Shown piece after piece: positions 4,158-4,832 of a stretch of 4,832 bases of DNA. Below the pieces are notes generated by a model. That model ran no database searches. It was given only the letters and a program-made list of their open reading frames with translations, and was not told the DNA's origin. How positions within the stretch are numbered: the first letter of the stretch is position 1; each line of letters opens with the position of its first letter. The stretch comes from a virus (Duplodnaviria; Heunggongvirae; Uroviricota; Caudoviricetes), in IMG/VR virus record IMGVR_UViG_2778261356_000007. One strand, 5' to 3'. Made by a program: the position numbers and the translations under genes.

Positions 4158-4832
4158 TCACCGCAGCAGCTCTCTGGTGGCGGTAATATCCCGGAGAATA
4201 TCCCTGTGTTTGTTCAGTTCCCGCAGCGCGGCGCAGACACGCTCCCACTTCTGAACCTGACCTTTTGCCCGGCGCAGCTCGCGGTTAGCCACATGCAGCG
4301 ATGGTAGAATCAGGTCATCTGCTTTCGTTTCGGTGACCGATGGCTGTAACTTCACAATGTCTTCCACGATTTCTGTTTTCATTTCTTCCTGTGTCGTCGT
4401 TTCCCGGACTGGTAACGCAACACCTGCTGGCTGAGGAAAGGCTTTACCATCTGTTTCCGCTACGGATGCAGCTTCCGGCTCTGCCGGTAAATCAGCGCCC
4501 GGTATGCAGTAACGAAATTTACCGCCCTGATTCACGCGAATCAGACGCCCTTTGCTGATTGCCATGGCCAGCGATGAATTCGCCCGGCGGGAGGTAATCC
4601 CGAACATAAGTGCCAGCTCATCCGCCGTTTGTGGGCCATGTTGTTCAATCGCCTCAGTCAGCATTTGCGCTGTCACTTTCGGTACCGGTGACACTGGTTC
4701 ACTTTCACCTGCCTGAGTCAGCCACCACATCGACCCCTTGTTATCCGCTTCACCGCGGCGCTTCAGTTTCCACAGTTCGTTGACCGCATCTTCACGGCTG
4801 ATTCCAAGGCGGGCCGCCACTACCTGTGAAGA
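4158..4832 (-). CDS. Phage early-region protein with predicted winged-helix/HTH segments, partial (N-terminus beyond right window edge); possibly replication-associated
   Basis: Track ORF 4158..4820; the frame stays open through 4832 (…SSQV upstream of the track's GTG), so the true start is probably outside the window. HTH-like segments [19 protein letters not shown] and [32 protein letters not shown]; coiled-coil-like C-terminus. Function is a guess. Confidence 0.65.
   Translation of the reverse strand, partial: SSQVVAARLGISREDAVNELWKLKRRGEADNKGSMWWLTQAGESEPVSPVPKVTAQMLTEAIEQHGPQTADELALMFGITSRRANSSLAMAISKGRLIRVNQGGKFRYCIPGADLPAEPEAASVAETDGKAFPQPAGVALPVRETTTQEEMKTEIVEDIVKLQPSVTETKADDLILPSLHVANRELRRAKGQVQKWERVCAALRELNKHRDILRDITATRELLR

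Noticed and set aside
4126-4248. First about 41 codons of track ORF 3844..4248
   Set aside because: Overlaps the C-terminus of the upstream 220-aa gene by 91 nt and is W/R-rich; an internal ATG with SD-like context is the more likely start.
4340-4558. Track ORF, plus strand, 72 aa
   Set aside because: Lies entirely antisense within the well-supported 220-aa minus-strand gene; no supporting signals.
1-4832. CRISPR array, tRNA, rRNA or other structured RNA genes
   Set aside because: No spaced direct-repeat array and no tRNA-like cloverleaf signatures were seen on reading both strands; the only repeats are the two 23-bp terminator copies and short leader repeats in the hok locus.

Overview
All convincing genes in this 4.8 kb window run on the minus strand, and the content looks like the early/accessory region of a lambdoid enterobacterial prophage (Qin-like, judged from a HokD-identical toxin and a DUF4406 gene; no search was run). 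Reading in the direction of transcription (high to low coordinates): a partial winged-helix protein, a small HTH protein, a DUF4406 protein, two tandem very acidic mini-proteins, a 171-aa hypothetical protein, a hok/mok/sok-type type I toxin-antitoxin locus, then an AT-richer two-gene cassette encoding an XRE-family HTH protein and an ImmA/IrrE-type zinc metallopeptidase (HEXXH present), then two further hypothetical genes. The HTH-peptidase cassette is the most interesting object: it sits immediately downstream of the hok terminator and is bracketed by two exact 23-bp copies of that terminator, which suggests a horizontally acquired moron. I consider it a candidate sensor/anti-repressor, toxin-antitoxin or phage-exclusion module; its function cannot be settled from sequence. 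No tRNA, rRNA, CRISPR array, integrase or transposase was seen. GC statements are by-eye estimates, not computed.
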